Notes under the pieces: model-generated
Seen by the model: the letters and a program-made list of their open reading frames with translations, nothing else
Database searches by the model: none
Told to the model about the DNA's origin: nothing
Assembly (NCBI GenBank): GCA_963668355.1
Contig: OY764265.1
Span: 64,001-128,000 of the forward strand
Source: Bdellovibrionota bacterium
Lineage (GTDB): Bacteria > Bdellovibrionota_G > JALEGL01 > DATDPG01
Length of the DNA stretch: 64,000 nt
Direction: 5' to 3'
Position numbers and translations under genes: made by a program
Shown: in pieces, positions 8,463 through 19,678 of the stretch
Layout of the letters: every line of letters begins with the position of its first letter
Position numbering within the stretch: position 1 is the stretch's first letter

Positions 8463-10787
8463 TCAACGCGCACTCGCTTCGTCGGCCTGAAGAAGGACCA
8501 AACCTGATGAGGTTCCGATAAACAACTGATTCGAATCATTTACCGACAAGCTCAGGACTCGCGAACTGGGTAAGATGTTTCGGTCTTGAAGCGGAGATTC
8601 AATTTGAACCTTCGTCCCTTGAGAACTCAAGCGATTCAGGCCTTCTTCAGTCCCGATCCAGAGTTTTCCATCAAGAGAAAAGGCCAAGGCATTGATTTGG
8701 TTGCTGAGCAAAGCCCCTCCAGAAGTCTCAACCGTAATTTCCTCAATGTCCAACCCTTCATCCTCTGGGAGAATTCGCATCAAGCCAAGAGACGTTCCAA
8801 CCCATACGACATCATTCGCATCGATGGCCAAACTCAACACGGGGTAGTAGTCCAATGTCGAAGAAAACACATACTCATTTTCGAGTTTTTGCATGCGAAG
8901 AAGTCCCTCGTTTCTCGCAATCCATAAATCGCCCGCTTTGTCGAACGCCATTTTGATAATCACGTCTTCACTGACTCCCGCCGGAAATGGAACATTCTCA
9001 AAGCACGCTGCATCCACAGGGCCCGCCACTTGGCGATACAATTTTCGCTCTGAGCTAATCCAAAGTTCTCCACTCGGACTGATGGTCAACGACGAAATAT
9101 TCTTCGAAGGAAGAGCGCAGCTTCCACCTTTATCCGCAACTTTGGTAAGCTCCGTGGATCCTCCACTCAAAAAACTTAATTTTGCGAGCCCCTCGTTCTG
9201 CGTCCCGATCCAGACTTCTTCGTCTGAAATAATTCCAACAGCTGTAACGGGTGAGGCAAAAAACGCATCTTTTTTCTCGGTGAAATTTTCAAAAGCAACG
9301 CCCTCATCAGATGAAAATGCTAGACGACTCAGACCTCCTTCTGTCTGAACGAAAAGATCCTGAGAAGCTCCCTGTTGGAGAAGTCTGATTTCCCCTCCTA
9401 ATAGGCCTTCAGAAGGAACGTAGTTCTTTACATTTTGTGCTTGGGAGGCTTCCTGAAAGGCCATTCCTGCCCGTGTCCCAATCCACAATCCCCGGTCAAC
9501 CCCATGCGCAAGTGCCGTAATTCGATTGCTGGGAAGAGGAACGCTCTCCTCATCGTTCGCCAATACATTTACTTCGAGCTCATCGCCACCCAACAAATGG
9601 ACTTCCACCAAACCATTGGATGTTCCCACATAGAGAGAGTCCTCGTCGATCACGTCAATGTCATAGATCCACTGTCCCAACAAAACATGATGTTTTGTAT
9701 AGTCATGAATCTTTCCGTTTTGGAAATACCGATAGAGCCCCTTTTTAGTGCCAACCCATAGACCTTGACTGGTATCGTTCTTCAACACGGTGATCACCTC
9801 AGGAAAAACCGTCAACGTCTCGAGGTCTTTTTGAAAATGAACCAGACCTTCATCGGTTCCCACCCAAGCTTTCGAAGACCCATCCGCTTCCATGGCAAGA
9901 ACAGAACGTTTTTGGGAATAAGACTTAATCAGTGGGGTTTCGCCAAGAAACTCAACATGAAAAAGTTTTTGATTAGAAGAGGCCCAAAATCCCCCAAAGC
10001 CATCCTCACGAAGAAGGGAGATGCTTTCTCCTTGCAAGAAGTTATGGACTTCTGGTTCCTGTGAAGAATGAAACTGCACGCGATCCAAACCATTTTGAGT
10101 TCCAACCCAAAGGTCTTGAGTATGGGCATCCAAAGTCAGCAGAGTTTGAATGCTTTGATCGGACAATTCGTGTTCTCGCGTATATCTTAGAGGAAGAGGC
10201 ATTTCCTCCAGAGGTTTTGAGAGGTCCTCTGGCAAGATTCGATAGAGTCCATATCGATCTCCCACAAAAAGTCCCAAAGGGGAAACCTGTAAGGCTTGAA
10301 TATTCATTGGAAACGGAGGCCACCAAGAAAAAACGGTTTCGTGTGTGGTGTTGGGAGAACCCAGTCCGGCAATTTCAAATCCCGGTCCGTTCGTCCACAT
10401 TTCGATCTCATCTTCCAATTCAGCACCAAACAAAAAACCTTTAAAGGATCCATCCGGCCCCAACTCAAAATCGCAAAAGACTTCCGAGGTTCTGGAAAGG
10501 TTCTGCGCACAGATCTCATTAACTCCCTGTTCAACCCGTGCCGCTCCATCTAGACCGACAATCAACGCGCCCCCCTCCACACTTTGGGCAAATACGAGCT
10601 GCGCATTTAATGGAGAGGCATAAATGGGAGGCAAATCTCCCAATCCTGAACTTTCATCTCGTTGGGTCTCGGATAACAACGAATGATCGGCTTCGGTCGG
10701 CGAGGAAAGCTCCGAGGCACATCCCACAAAGAGAAATAATGTAACCAATCCTAAAAAGAAAACTTTGAAGAGGCCGCATGTTTTCAT
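8463..10787 (-). CDS. Lipoprotein with two-component-regulator-propeller (Reg_prop) beta-propeller repeats
   Basis: Lipobox FVGC; many LW(I/V)GT..GL and LPSN.I.AL repeats. Confidence 0.8.
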   Translation of the reverse strand: MKTCGLFKVFFLGLVTLFLFVGCASELSSPTEADHSLLSETQRDESSGLGDLPPIYASPLNAQLVFAQSVEGGALIVGLDGAARVEQGVNEICAQNLSRTSEVFCDFELGPDGSFKGFLFGAELEDEIEMWTNGPGFEIAGLGSPNTTHETVFSWWPPFPMNIQALQVSPLGLFVGDRYGLYRILPEDLSKPLEEMPLPLRYTREHELSDQSIQTLLTLDAHTQDLWVGTQNGLDRVQFHSSQEPEVHNFLQGESISLLREDGFGGFWASSNQKLFHVEFLGETPLIKSYSQKRSVLAMEADGSSKAWVGTDEGLVHFQKDLETLTVFPEVITVLKNDTSQGLWVGTKKGLYRYFQNGKIHDYTKHHVLLGQWIYDIDVIDEDSLYVGTSNGLVEVHLLGGDELEVNVLANDEESVPLPSNRITALAHGVDRGLWIGTRAGMAFQEASQAQNVKNYVPSEGLLGGEIRLLQQGASQDLFVQTEGGLSRLAFSSDEGVAFENFTEKKDAFFASPVTAVGIISDEEVWIGTQNEGLAKLSFLSGGSTELTKVADKGGSCALPSKNISSLTISPSGELWISSERKLYRQVAGPVDAACFENVPFPAGVSEDVIIKMAFDKAGDLWIARNEGLLRMQKLENEYVFSSTLDYYPVLSLAIDANDVVWVGTSLGLMRILPEDEGLDIEEITVETSGGALLSNQINALAFSLDGKLWIGTEEGLNRLSSQGTKVQIESPLQDRNILPSSRVLSLSVNDSNQLFIGTSSGLVLLQADEASAR

Positions 10788-10802
10788 GATGGAAAGGCAA
10801 AG

Positions 10803-10818
10803 AGCAGCCTCTATGCCA
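10803..10818 (-). promoter_or_regulatory. Possible sigma54 promoter
   Basis: TGGCATAGAGGCTGCT; would imply a very short leader. Confidence 0.4.
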
Positions 10819-11161
10819 GAAATTACGCTCCAAATGCCTTCAAAAAAAATATGTATTTTTAGATATTTAGACTTAGATCCAGGGTTTGCGAAGCGGAGAA
10901 AAATGGCGCAAGTGGAACTCGAATGAGAGAAAGGGAGAACAAAAGTTTTTGGTTCCTACAAAAAATTCCCCGTTTGACGCGCGAGGTCATCAAAAACAAC
11001 TCAATGCCCTGTTTTGATTGCAATATCCACAGAATTTCATGTGAAGCCAAGCGGAACGTTTGTTCTGTTTTATCCGGAACCTTTCTTACTGTTTTGCTCT
11101 TTTTTGAAGCTCTTAGAAACCTAACCCCCTAATTTATGGAGAAAATTTTTACCCAAAAAAA

Positions 11162-11177
11162 TGGCACGTCCGCTGCA
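11162..11177 (+). promoter_or_regulatory. sigma54 promoter
   Basis: TGGCACGTCCGCTGCA, near-consensus. Confidence 0.65.
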
Positions 11178-11191
11178 CTTCCTCCGACATC

Positions 11192-12415
11192 ATGAGAAAC
11201 CGCCTCAACCATGAAAGAAGCCAGAATAAAGATGGCGTGTTCCGACACTGTATTCTTCTTTTTGGCGTCTTATTTATGGTTTCCGCCTGCGGCAATCCCA
11301 TGACTTCTTCGGACTCCCGTTCCCATGGAGAAGAAACTCGTGAACTCAACCCAATTTCCGGGTCCGACGAAGTCACCGAACAAGCTTCGGGAAACTGCCT
11401 TCCCGACACGATTTGTGTTCCCTTAGACTACCCCACGATCCAAGAAGCAGTAGACATGGCCGTGGATGGGGAAACGGTCCTCATCGTAGAAGCCGGGGAA
11501 TACCACGAGAATCTTGAACTTTTGGGCTTAGACAATTTTACGTTAAAGAAAGATGTGGGAGTCGGAGAGGTCACCATTGTTGCGCAAGACCCAGGATCTC
11601 CAGCCATCTATGTCCTTTCCGGGTCGAACATCACAATTGAGGGCCTTTCCATCACCGGAACGTCGCAAATTCCTCCCAACCGTCCACCCAAAGGAGGAAT
11701 TTACATTCTTTCCAGCATTCCCGAACTGACCATTCGAAATTGTAAAATATTCGGAAATTCTTATGGAATCGTCCCCACCGTGAATACCACTCATTTGATG
11801 ATCGAAGACAACATCATTGAAAACAATGGTGGAGGTGGAATCCACTACGTAAGCAATACGGGAAGTTTCTCCGGCAATGTCATTCGAAAAAATGTCTTTC
11901 GAAGCAACTATGCCAATGCCATTTACTTTCCTGGCGACACCGACAACTCCGGGTTAACAATTGAAGAAAATCAATTTTTTGAACATGGTGAAATCAGCGG
12001 TTACAACGTTCCCAGAAGTACGATTTACCTGAGTGGGCCCAACCATATGATTCGAGACAACTCCTTTGAAAATGATTACCGCGCCATTCTTTCGGGCGGA
12101 AATGTCGAGAACACCTCGATTCTGGACAATCAAATGGGGATCTCAGATACTTCCAATGAGAACTATGGGCTCGAAGGAATCACCTGGTCTGGTTTAAACT
12201 CAACCATTTCTAACAACCGAATCGCTGGCTTTAGCGTTGCCGTGCACCTTGAAGAGGACTCTGAAAACAACGAGGTTAGAAGCAATAGGATTTGTGGAAG
12301 CCGTGTGGGTGTCCAAGATGAAGGAAACGAAAATACGGTCCTGAATATCCTTGGATGTAAACCGGTAACCCACTACATTCCCACCATTGCAATGCCCGAA
12401 GGGTTTGATCGTTAA
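11192..12415 (+). CDS. Right-handed beta-helix (NosD/pectin-lyase-like) lipoprotein
   Basis: Lipobox VSAC; VP.DYPTIQEAVD.A..G; I.NN.I repeats. Confidence 0.8.
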   Translation: MRNRLNHERSQNKDGVFRHCILLFGVLFMVSACGNPMTSSDSRSHGEETRELNPISGSDEVTEQASGNCLPDTICVPLDYPTIQEAVDMAVDGETVLIVEAGEYHENLELLGLDNFTLKKDVGVGEVTIVAQDPGSPAIYVLSGSNITIEGLSITGTSQIPPNRPPKGGIYILSSIPELTIRNCKIFGNSYGIVPTVNTTHLMIEDNIIENNGGGGIHYVSNTGSFSGNVIRKNVFRSNYANAIYFPGDTDNSGLTIEENQFFEHGEISGYNVPRSTIYLSGPNHMIRDNSFENDYRAILSGGNVENTSILDNQMGISDTSNENYGLEGITWSGLNSTISNNRIAGFSVAVHLEEDSENNEVRSNRICGSRVGVQDEGNENTVLNILGCKPVTHYIPTIAMPEGFDR

Positions 12416-12462
12416 GCGTTCCATTCGCCATAAACCTCTGTTTAGGGGTAACATGAAGCGAA

Positions 12463-15400
12463 GTGAATTGTCCGTCCTGTAAAAAAGCGATTCCATTGGC
12501 AGGGATCCAGTTTTGCCCCTATTGCAGCAATCGTCTTGTCGCCCCCCGAGAAGAACGACGCAAAGCCATCGTTATTTTCGCAGACATTGCCGGATTCACG
12601 GCTCTCGGGGAAAGTATGGACCCGGACGATCTACGCGACTTGATCGACCAAATCATGAAACGGTTTGTTACGGTCATTCAAACCCAAGGCGGACTCGTGG
12701 ACAAGATCATTGGAGATTGCGTCATGTTTCTCTTCGGAACGGAACACGCCACTTCGGATGATCCCATTCATGCCATCGAAGCCGTTGAAAACATCCAACA
12801 TGAATTAAAAATTTTCAATCAAGAAAACCAACTGAATCTCTCCCTACACGTAGGCATCGCTTTTGGAACAGTTTCGGTTGGGTTGGTGGGCCAAAACGTG
12901 ACGGTCATGGGAGACACGGTAAACCTCGCACAACGCCTGGAGGGTGTGGCCAAACTTGATGAGGTCTTGGTTTCAGATGCTTTCGTGGAACTTCTGGGAG
13001 CCGCCTATCGGTTTGAACGTCTAGACCCCATCTCATTGAAGGGAAAGCGAGTTCCGGTGGCTCCTTACCGATACATTGGCAAAGCCTCCTCCGAGAATAA
13101 AACCATTCCCTTTATCGGAAGACAGGAAGAGCTTGAGCAAACGGTCAAAACCATCCAGGAGCATTTTTCTACACCAGGAGTTGGCAACATATTGGTTTTG
13201 GGCTCTGCGGGCATGGGAAAAACCAAGTTCATCGACCAAATTTGTCGCTCCCTTCCTAGTGAAAAAGCCACTCGCCTGAGTGTCTACTTTGAAGAAGGCG
13301 GAAAAAACTATCAACTCCCCTTCTTGACCATGCTCAAGGCCATTTTTTCCAATCAGAATTGGAAACAACTGGAAGGATTGATTCTCCCGCGAATGATGTT
13401 TTCTCAGTCATCAGCTCGGGAAAACATGGGATATGAACAATTTGAAGAACTCCTCTTGCAGGTCCTGGGAGAGATTGCTCGTGAGCAAAATATCCTTCTT
13501 ATCTGTGAAAACATTCATCGCGCAGACACCTCTTCCCTCCATCTACTAAAATCCCTGCGAAAAAATTTGAAAGACGCGCACATTTTTGTCTTGGCCAGCA
13601 GTAGACGATCTTTTTCAGAATCCGACTTCCCGAATACCTTGGAACTTTCCCCGCTCAAGAAAAATGAAAGCCGAAGTTTATTCGATGAGATTACGAAAGA
13701 CGACTCGTCCACAGATGAAACCTGTCTTCTGGCGATCGAAAAATGTGCGGGCAATCCACTTTTTCTAACCGAACTTGCAAAAGGCGTAAAAGAGAACTTA
13801 CCCGCCGACAAACTTTTTTCAGGAAGAATCGATCTTCTATTGGCGGCTTCTTTGGACGCCTTACCCAACGAAACACAGGAACTCATCAAACAAGCGTCCA
13901 TTTTCGGTTCTCGGATTCCACTTTCCCATTTGGCCAAGCTCTCGGGAAAATCACCAGAAACCGTCTTGGAAGACTTGGTTCCCCTGACCACGTTTCATTT
14001 CGTTTCGAACAAGGAAATGTTTGTTTTTCGAAACGACCTAATGCGTGAAACCGCCTATGAACGAATCAATCTTCAAACACGTCGCTCATTGCATCAAGCA
14101 CTCGCAGAGTTATTGGTCGACGCCAAAGCCCTCCCAGAAGAGATTGCCTTTCATTTTCTCCACAGCGATCGACACCGAGAGGCTTTACGTACTAGTCTGG
14201 AAGCCGGAAAACGTCTTTCTCGACTGCCACAACAAGAGGAAGCCTTAAGTTTTTTGCACCATGCCCAAAAACTGGCAAGGAAGTTACAAGACATTCCATC
14301 CCTCATTGACGCAATGGAGTTACATTTCGAGGTAGAGTCGAGGAATCTGGGCACAGACAAGGCACGCTTACTTCTAAATTCTTATCGGGAAGACCCGCTT
14401 CTTCAGACCCATGGAACAACCCACAGTCGATTCTCCATGATGGAAGCTCGTTTTCTATTTCGACGACATCTGTACCAAGAGGCTCAAGACACATTCAAAA
14501 GTATTGAAAATATTGAACTCGATCCTTTCAACGAAGTGGAAAGAGAGTTGTTGAAGTATCGAATTTTAAATCATTTTCGAAAACGAAAAGAAGTCGTCCA
14601 CCAAGCACTTTCGTTTCTTCGAAGAAAGTCTTTGGAGCCTTCCCAAAGGGGCAATTTTTATCTTCTCATTGGCTCAAATTGTTATATGGATCGCGAACTC
14701 CAACAAGCACAGGATTTTTATGAAAAGGCCTTGAAAGCATTTGAGAGTGTTCATGATGAGAGAGGCGTCCTTAAATCCTTGGCCAATAAGGGAAATGTCG
14801 CTCATGCTCAAGCCAACTACTCCATGGCCCGCGAATGTTTCATGGACTGCCTTCAAACAGCCATTCAGTTGGGAGATTTGGTCGTCTACAATGACATTCT
14901 CTATCGATTGGGACGGACCAACTTTGATCTCATGAGGTTTGAAGAAGCCATTCAGAACTATGACCAAATCATTTTGGCTCTTCGAAAAAGTGAATGGGGA
15001 CATTTATACTATCGGGTCGCTCTCGCAAAAGCGCACGCGCTATTCTTCCTCGGTGAAAGAGACTCTGGGAGGGTTCTCCTTGACGAGGCCAAAAGATACT
15101 TCCAAGAAGTAGAAGACTCTCGCTCCTTGGCCATCACCTACCAGGTGGAACTTCTCGACCTATTGGAAAACGAAGATCCCAGCAAATCTCTCGCACTTTC
15201 GGAAAAAATCCTCTCCATTCTCGCTGACGTTCCCGATTTTTTGCCTCAGGTTCATTTTTTTCGTGTTTTCGCGTTATGCAAGTTAGGGCAAAAGAAAGAA
15301 GCTCAAGAATACTTCGATACTTGCTCAGCAAACATAAAACACCAAAACACTTCAGACGAATTGACTGTGGCCTTCTTGCTAGCCAATGTCGCTCTGAATG

Positions 15401-15666
15401 ACCCCCCGTTTTCAGAAAATATCGCGTCGATTATTACATTTCTCTCGGCCCGACTTGAACAGTTCTTTGTCCCCTTAGACTCTCTCCTCATTCAAACCGT
15501 TGTTGAAAACGAAAGCGATAAAAACTTTGAAACACGGATAACCAATTATTTTTCTCATCTGAGTCAATCCATTCCGGCTTCCTATAAGTCTACCTTTGAG
15601 CAAAAGCCTTCGACACAAAGACTCAAAAAATTGATTCCCGCTCTTGAACTTCCCCACCAAAATTAG
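12463..15666 (+). CDS. Zn-ribbon / class III adenylate-guanylate cyclase / STAND NTPase / TPR protein
   Basis: CPSC..CPYC, FADIAGFT, DKIIGDC, MGDTVNLAQRLE, FIGRQEEL, GSAGMGKT, GNPLFL, TPR-like C-terminus. Confidence 0.9.
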   Translation: MNCPSCKKAIPLAGIQFCPYCSNRLVAPREERRKAIVIFADIAGFTALGESMDPDDLRDLIDQIMKRFVTVIQTQGGLVDKIIGDCVMFLFGTEHATSDDPIHAIEAVENIQHELKIFNQENQLNLSLHVGIAFGTVSVGLVGQNVTVMGDTVNLAQRLEGVAKLDEVLVSDAFVELLGAAYRFERLDPISLKGKRVPVAPYRYIGKASSENKTIPFIGRQEELEQTVKTIQEHFSTPGVGNILVLGSAGMGKTKFIDQICRSLPSEKATRLSVYFEEGGKNYQLPFLTMLKAIFSNQNWKQLEGLILPRMMFSQSSARENMGYEQFEELLLQVLGEIAREQNILLICENIHRADTSSLHLLKSLRKNLKDAHIFVLASSRRSFSESDFPNTLELSPLKKNESRSLFDEITKDDSSTDETCLLAIEKCAGNPLFLTELAKGVKENLPADKLFSGRIDLLLAASLDALPNETQELIKQASIFGSRIPLSHLAKLSGKSPETVLEDLVPLTTFHFVSNKEMFVFRNDLMRETAYERINLQTRRSLHQALAELLVDAKALPEEIAFHFLHSDRHREALRTSLEAGKRLSRLPQQEEALSFLHHAQKLARKLQDIPSLIDAMELHFEVESRNLGTDKARLLLNSYREDPLLQTHGTTHSRFSMMEARFLFRRHLYQEAQDTFKSIENIELDPFNEVERELLKYRILNHFRKRKEVVHQALSFLRRKSLEPSQRGNFYLLIGSNCYMDRELQQAQDFYEKALKAFESVHDERGVLKSLANKGNVAHAQANYSMARECFMDCLQTAIQLGDLVVYNDILYRLGRTNFDLMRFEEAIQNYDQIILALRKSEWGHLYYRVALAKAHALFFLGERDSGRVLLDEAKRYFQEVEDSRSLAITYQVELLDLLENEDPSKSLALSEKILSILADVPDFLPQVHFFRVFALCKLGQKKEAQEYFDTCSANIKHQNTSDELTVAFLLANVALNDPPFSENIASIITFLSARLEQFFVPLDSLLIQTVVENESDKNFETRITNYFSHLSQSIPASYKSTFEQKPSTQRLKKLIPALELPHQN

Positions 15667-15710
15667 AAAAAACCCAATGGCTATGTTCTAATGCACTTCA
15701 AGGAGAAACC

Positions 15711-16184
15711 ATGAAACTTCGAAGCCTCTTCATTTCGCTTTTCATCATCTCATTGGCCAGCCCAGCTCTTGGCGACTTTTATTTCAGGCCGAGAGCCGGG
15801 GCCATTATTCCTGTAAACGACGGAGATGTTTCCTATACCTTGGGCGCGTCTCTGGGATATCAATGGACCTCCCTCTTGGCGACCGAGGTGAATTACTCAC
15901 GAATATTGGGCTCCTCTGGAAATCCGGATGGAGATTTGATCCGGGGAGAAGCCATTCTTTCCTTTCCTCTGGTTCTCATCACCCCTTATGCTTCGGCCGG
16001 CATCGGACTGTCACATTATTCTCTCGGCCCCATCAATGATTGGGATCTGATGTACCTTCTTGGAGGAGGAGCGACATTCGATCTTCTGCCTCTCATTTCA
16101 CTTGGAGTGGGAGTTAACTATGCATTTGTCCACAATCAACCGGATTTTTTCGAGCCGGTCATCATCGCTTCACTAAAATTTTAA
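15711..16184 (+). CDS. Outer-membrane beta-barrel protein (8-stranded, OmpA-TM-like)
   Basis: Signal peptide, PYASAGIG, alternating strands, C-terminal Phe. Confidence 0.75.
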   Translation: MKLRSLFISLFIISLASPALGDFYFRPRAGAIIPVNDGDVSYTLGASLGYQWTSLLATEVNYSRILGSSGNPDGDLIRGEAILSFPLVLITPYASAGIGLSHYSLGPINDWDLMYLLGGGATFDLLPLISLGVGVNYAFVHNQPDFFEPVIIASLKF

Positions 16185-17596
16185 GCGTTGAGCGAGGGCA
16201 ACTCTGCCCCCTTGGGCGTTTCCTTTCGAAACGAACGTTCCAACAAATCGAACGTATAAATTCCGGAGCTGTGCCCGTCTGACCAAGCGATTTGAACTGC
16301 ATATCGTCCGATCATCTTGAAGCTTCGAGGATGAACATCAAGCGGGACCTTCTTTTCCTCGAGAATCTTAGCTCCCGTCCATTCATCCACACATTCCGCG
16401 CAAGGACAAGCCAATCGCAAGTCGCGAGGCGCGATTCGCGTCTCCATGTGGTCTTTCCAAACCATGACGATTTGTCCATTTTCAAAACCAATTTTCTCAA
16501 TGACTTCCTTTTCCTTCGAATGCCTGGCCACCATGGCAATCTGAGAAGCCAGCTCATCGGCCACCGAAGAAAAGGCACCGGCAGAACTGGGCAAGTTATC
16601 CCCTTCCAGATTCAAAACAGGATTCCCTTCATCTCCAGCCTGCACCAGTTTGGGATCAATGGGAATGCGTCCCAAAAATCTCAACATCAATTCGTTTGCG
16701 GTTCGTTCTCCTCCGCCTTGCTTAAAAATTTGGGTTTCCTCGTTGCAATGAGGACAAACGAAACCACTCATGTTTTCAACCACACCTAAGATGGGAACAT
16801 TCACCTCATCAAACATTTTCAAACCACGCATGGTGACATTCACCGCCACTTCTTGAGGGGTCGTAACGACCACCGCGCCTGTGAGTGGGGCTGTCTGAGT
16901 TAGCGTGAGTTGAACGTCTCCGGTTCCAGGAGGAAGGTCAATGAGAAGATAATCCAACTCCCCCCACTCAACCTGGGCCAAAAAAGTTTGAATGAGCTTG
17001 GTTGCCATGGGTCCTCTCCAAATAACGGGGGAATCCTCGCCCGTTAAAAGTCCCATGGACATGAATTTGATTCCATACCGCTCAATCGGAAACAGTTTTT
17101 CACCCTGTCCGGTCGGAGAGTCTTTACTCGCAAGCATCTTGGGAACCGAAGGGCCATACACATCTGCATCCATCAATCCAACCTTGGCGCCGAGTTTGGC
17201 CAAAGCCATGGCCAGATTCACTGAGACGGTGGATTTCCCCACGCCACCTTTTCCACTCGAAATGGCCACCAGATTTTTGATGCCCCTTAGGTTTTCCATG
17301 GCATTTTTCGGCAGGGAAGAAGGGATCTCAACACGGAAGTCCAGTTGAAAGTCTTTAACCCAAGGAATGCCCTTAATCACCTCCTGGATTCGCGTACGGA
17401 GATCTCTTTGATAACTTTCCGAAGGCGAGGGAAGCACCAACTCCAGTTTGACCTTCCCTTCATTGATGGAGCAATTTCGAACATAGTCCAACTCCACAAG
17501 ATCTTCTTGCAAGTAGGGATCCCGAACACATCGAAGGGAGCCAAAAACTTCCACTTCTTGAGGCGTGGGCTCGGAACTTTTCTTTCGACCAAACAT
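16181..17596 (-). CDS. mrp: Mrp/NBP35 (ApbC) Fe-S carrier with DUF59-P-loop-DUF971 (HCF101-like) architecture
   Basis: [33 protein letters not shown]-terminal CPCAEC...[10 protein letters not shown]. Start approximate. Confidence 0.88.
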   Translation of the reverse strand: MFGRKKSSEPTPQEVEVFGSLRCVRDPYLQEDLVELDYVRNCSINEGKVKLELVLPSPSESYQRDLRTRIQEVIKGIPWVKDFQLDFRVEIPSSLPKNAMENLRGIKNLVAISSGKGGVGKSTVSVNLAMALAKLGAKVGLMDADVYGPSVPKMLASKDSPTGQGEKLFPIERYGIKFMSMGLLTGEDSPVIWRGPMATKLIQTFLAQVEWGELDYLLIDLPPGTGDVQLTLTQTAPLTGAVVVTTPQEVAVNVTMRGLKMFDEVNVPILGVVENMSGFVCPHCNEETQIFKQGGGERTANELMLRFLGRIPIDPKLVQAGDEGNPVLNLEGDNLPSSAGAFSSVADELASQIAMVARHSKEKEVIEKIGFENGQIVMVWKDHMETRIAPRDLRLACPCAECVDEWTGAKILEEKKVPLDVHPRSFKMIGRYAVQIAWSDGHSSGIYTFDLLERSFRKETPKGAELPSLNA

Positions 17597-17743
17597 ATCT
17601 TTCTTCCTCCTGCACATGCTGCGCTAAACGTTTTCCACCCGCACGGGAAGGCAACCTACTCGCCTCGGTCAGTTTCCGCAATACCCTTTTCTGGATTCAC
17701 GGGCTTTCTCGCGATATTATTTTATTTTTAAAATCAGCACGTT

Positions 17744-19639
17744 ATGGACTTTTTTGCACAACAAGATCTTCGACGAAAGCGAACGCGCTTACTGTTCGCC
17801 CTCATGTCTTTTTCGGTCCTTCTTCTCATTTTTTTCGTCTACCTGGGATTGAACTTCCTACAACAACTCCAGTTTCCCCATTTTTTCTCCAACCATTCCA
17901 AGCCTTGGATTTGGTGGAATCCCCGGCTTTTCTTTGGAACCACCTTGGGAATTTTATGCGTGGTCGGATTCGGAACCTGGTTCAAACTCCGACAACTTCG
18001 TCGCGGGGGAAGGTATCTGGTTGAACGCCTGGAAGGAACTCCGGTTCACCCACCCTTTCGAAACGAAAAGGAACGAATACTTTGGAATGTTGTTGAAGAA
18101 ATGTCCATCGCCTCGGGACTCCCCATGCCGGATGTGTTCATTTTGGAAGATGCCCCTGGAATCAACGCGTTTGCCGCTGGCTTGTCGATCTACGATTCCG
18201 CCATTGCGGTTTCAAAAGGCTCCCTTCGAATCCTCACAAGGGATGAGCTTCAAGCTTTGGTCGCGCATGAATTCAGTCATATCCTCAATGGAGACATGAA
18301 GATGAATGCCCGACTTTTGGGATGGCTTCATGGGATTCAATCTGTCGGGCTCCTCGGTTTGATTTTGCTTCGTGCTTCATCGTTTGGAAGGTTTCGGCGT
18401 TTAGATCCTCGTTCCTGGCTCATCGGCCCTTTCCTCATCGCATTGGGATCTCTGGGAGTCTTTTGTGGACGTCTAATCAAGCGAGCCATTTCTCGGGAAC
18501 GGGAATATTTGGCTGATGCCGCTTCGGTCCAGTTCACTCGAAATCCTTCGGGGATCTTGGGACTCTTAAAAAAAATCGGGGGCTTTCGCTGGGGATCCCA
18601 AATCCGGCATCCGAACGTAGAGGAGATGAGTCATATGTATTTCAGCTCCGCTTTTCGACGCCTGGAAGGTTCTCTTCTCTCCACCCATCCGCCCCTCCTC
18701 GACCGAATTCGATCCATCGAACCGTCTTTTGACGGCCAATACCCTGAAATCGCAAAGGACGAAGCGCTCCCAGAGTTCCCGACAAAAATTTCTCGCCACT
18801 ATTCAGCCATCGATTCGAACGTCGACTTTCTTACAACGATTACGCCCGAACACATCGCGTTCGCCGGCGCTTTTGTGGCGGAGCTTTCCCCCGAAACGCG
18901 AAAACAAACCCAAGAAGCTCATTTCGCCATGGCCCTTCCCTGTGCTCTCTTACTTGATGAGGAAGAGTCCATCCGAGCCCAACAAAAGAAAATCCTTCAT
19001 GAGGAGTGGGGACATGACTTCCTTCAAAATGTGGACATCATGAAGAAGACTTATGATGGTTTATCGGAAAAGGGGAGACTTCCCCTCTTAACCCTTGCCC
19101 TTCCTTCGCTGAAAGCCTTGTCGGAAAAGAAGAAGAGCCAACTCATTCGAACGCTAAAGAAACTGGTGGATGCGGATGAAAAAATGTCTCTTTTTGAGTT
19201 CGTTCTGGGCAGGATGTTCAAAAATCATATTCTTCAAGGTGCCACACTTGATCGAACACCGATGATCCAATACATGGCCCTGCGCCCTCTTCTTACGGAC
19301 TGTGCAAAGATCTTTTCTGTCTTGGCCCATGCTGGAGCGGAAGGCAATTCGAAGTTGGCTCAGAAAGCCTTTGAACGCGGTGTCCAAAGCCTCACGCGTT
19401 CTTCTCTCCCCTTTTTCAAAAAGGAAGAAGTCTCCTATTCCGCCCTCAACCGTATTTTAGATCGCCTGTTTAGAGCCTCTCCCATCCTCAAAAAACGAAT
19501 TCTCAAATCCTGCTCCATCATCGTTTTTTTCGATCAGAAGGTAAGTGTCGATGAAGGCGAACTTTTGCGCGTGATCGCTGATTCCATGGGGACTCCCATG
19601 CCTCCGATTCTTGAGACTCCTCCCTTTAAAGACATATAA
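17744..19639 (+). CDS. M48-family (HtpX-like) zinc metalloprotease with a C-terminal extension
   Basis: NAFAAG, HEFSH, SREREYLADA, STHPP. Confidence 0.88.
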   Translation: MDFFAQQDLRRKRTRLLFALMSFSVLLLIFFVYLGLNFLQQLQFPHFFSNHSKPWIWWNPRLFFGTTLGILCVVGFGTWFKLRQLRRGGRYLVERLEGTPVHPPFRNEKERILWNVVEEMSIASGLPMPDVFILEDAPGINAFAAGLSIYDSAIAVSKGSLRILTRDELQALVAHEFSHILNGDMKMNARLLGWLHGIQSVGLLGLILLRASSFGRFRRLDPRSWLIGPFLIALGSLGVFCGRLIKRAISREREYLADAASVQFTRNPSGILGLLKKIGGFRWGSQIRHPNVEEMSHMYFSSAFRRLEGSLLSTHPPLLDRIRSIEPSFDGQYPEIAKDEALPEFPTKISRHYSAIDSNVDFLTTITPEHIAFAGAFVAELSPETRKQTQEAHFAMALPCALLLDEEESIRAQQKKILHEEWGHDFLQNVDIMKKTYDGLSEKGRLPLLTLALPSLKALSEKKKSQLIRTLKKLVDADEKMSLFEFVLGRMFKNHILQGATLDRTPMIQYMALRPLLTDCAKIFSVLAHAGAEGNSKLAQKAFERGVQSLTRSSLPFFKKEEVSYSALNRILDRLFRASPILKKRILKSCSIIVFFDQKVSVDEGELLRVIADSMGTPMPPILETPPFKDI

Positions 19640-19678
19640 ATTTCTTGGCAACGCCTTCCTTTTGCCTACAGTAGCGCC

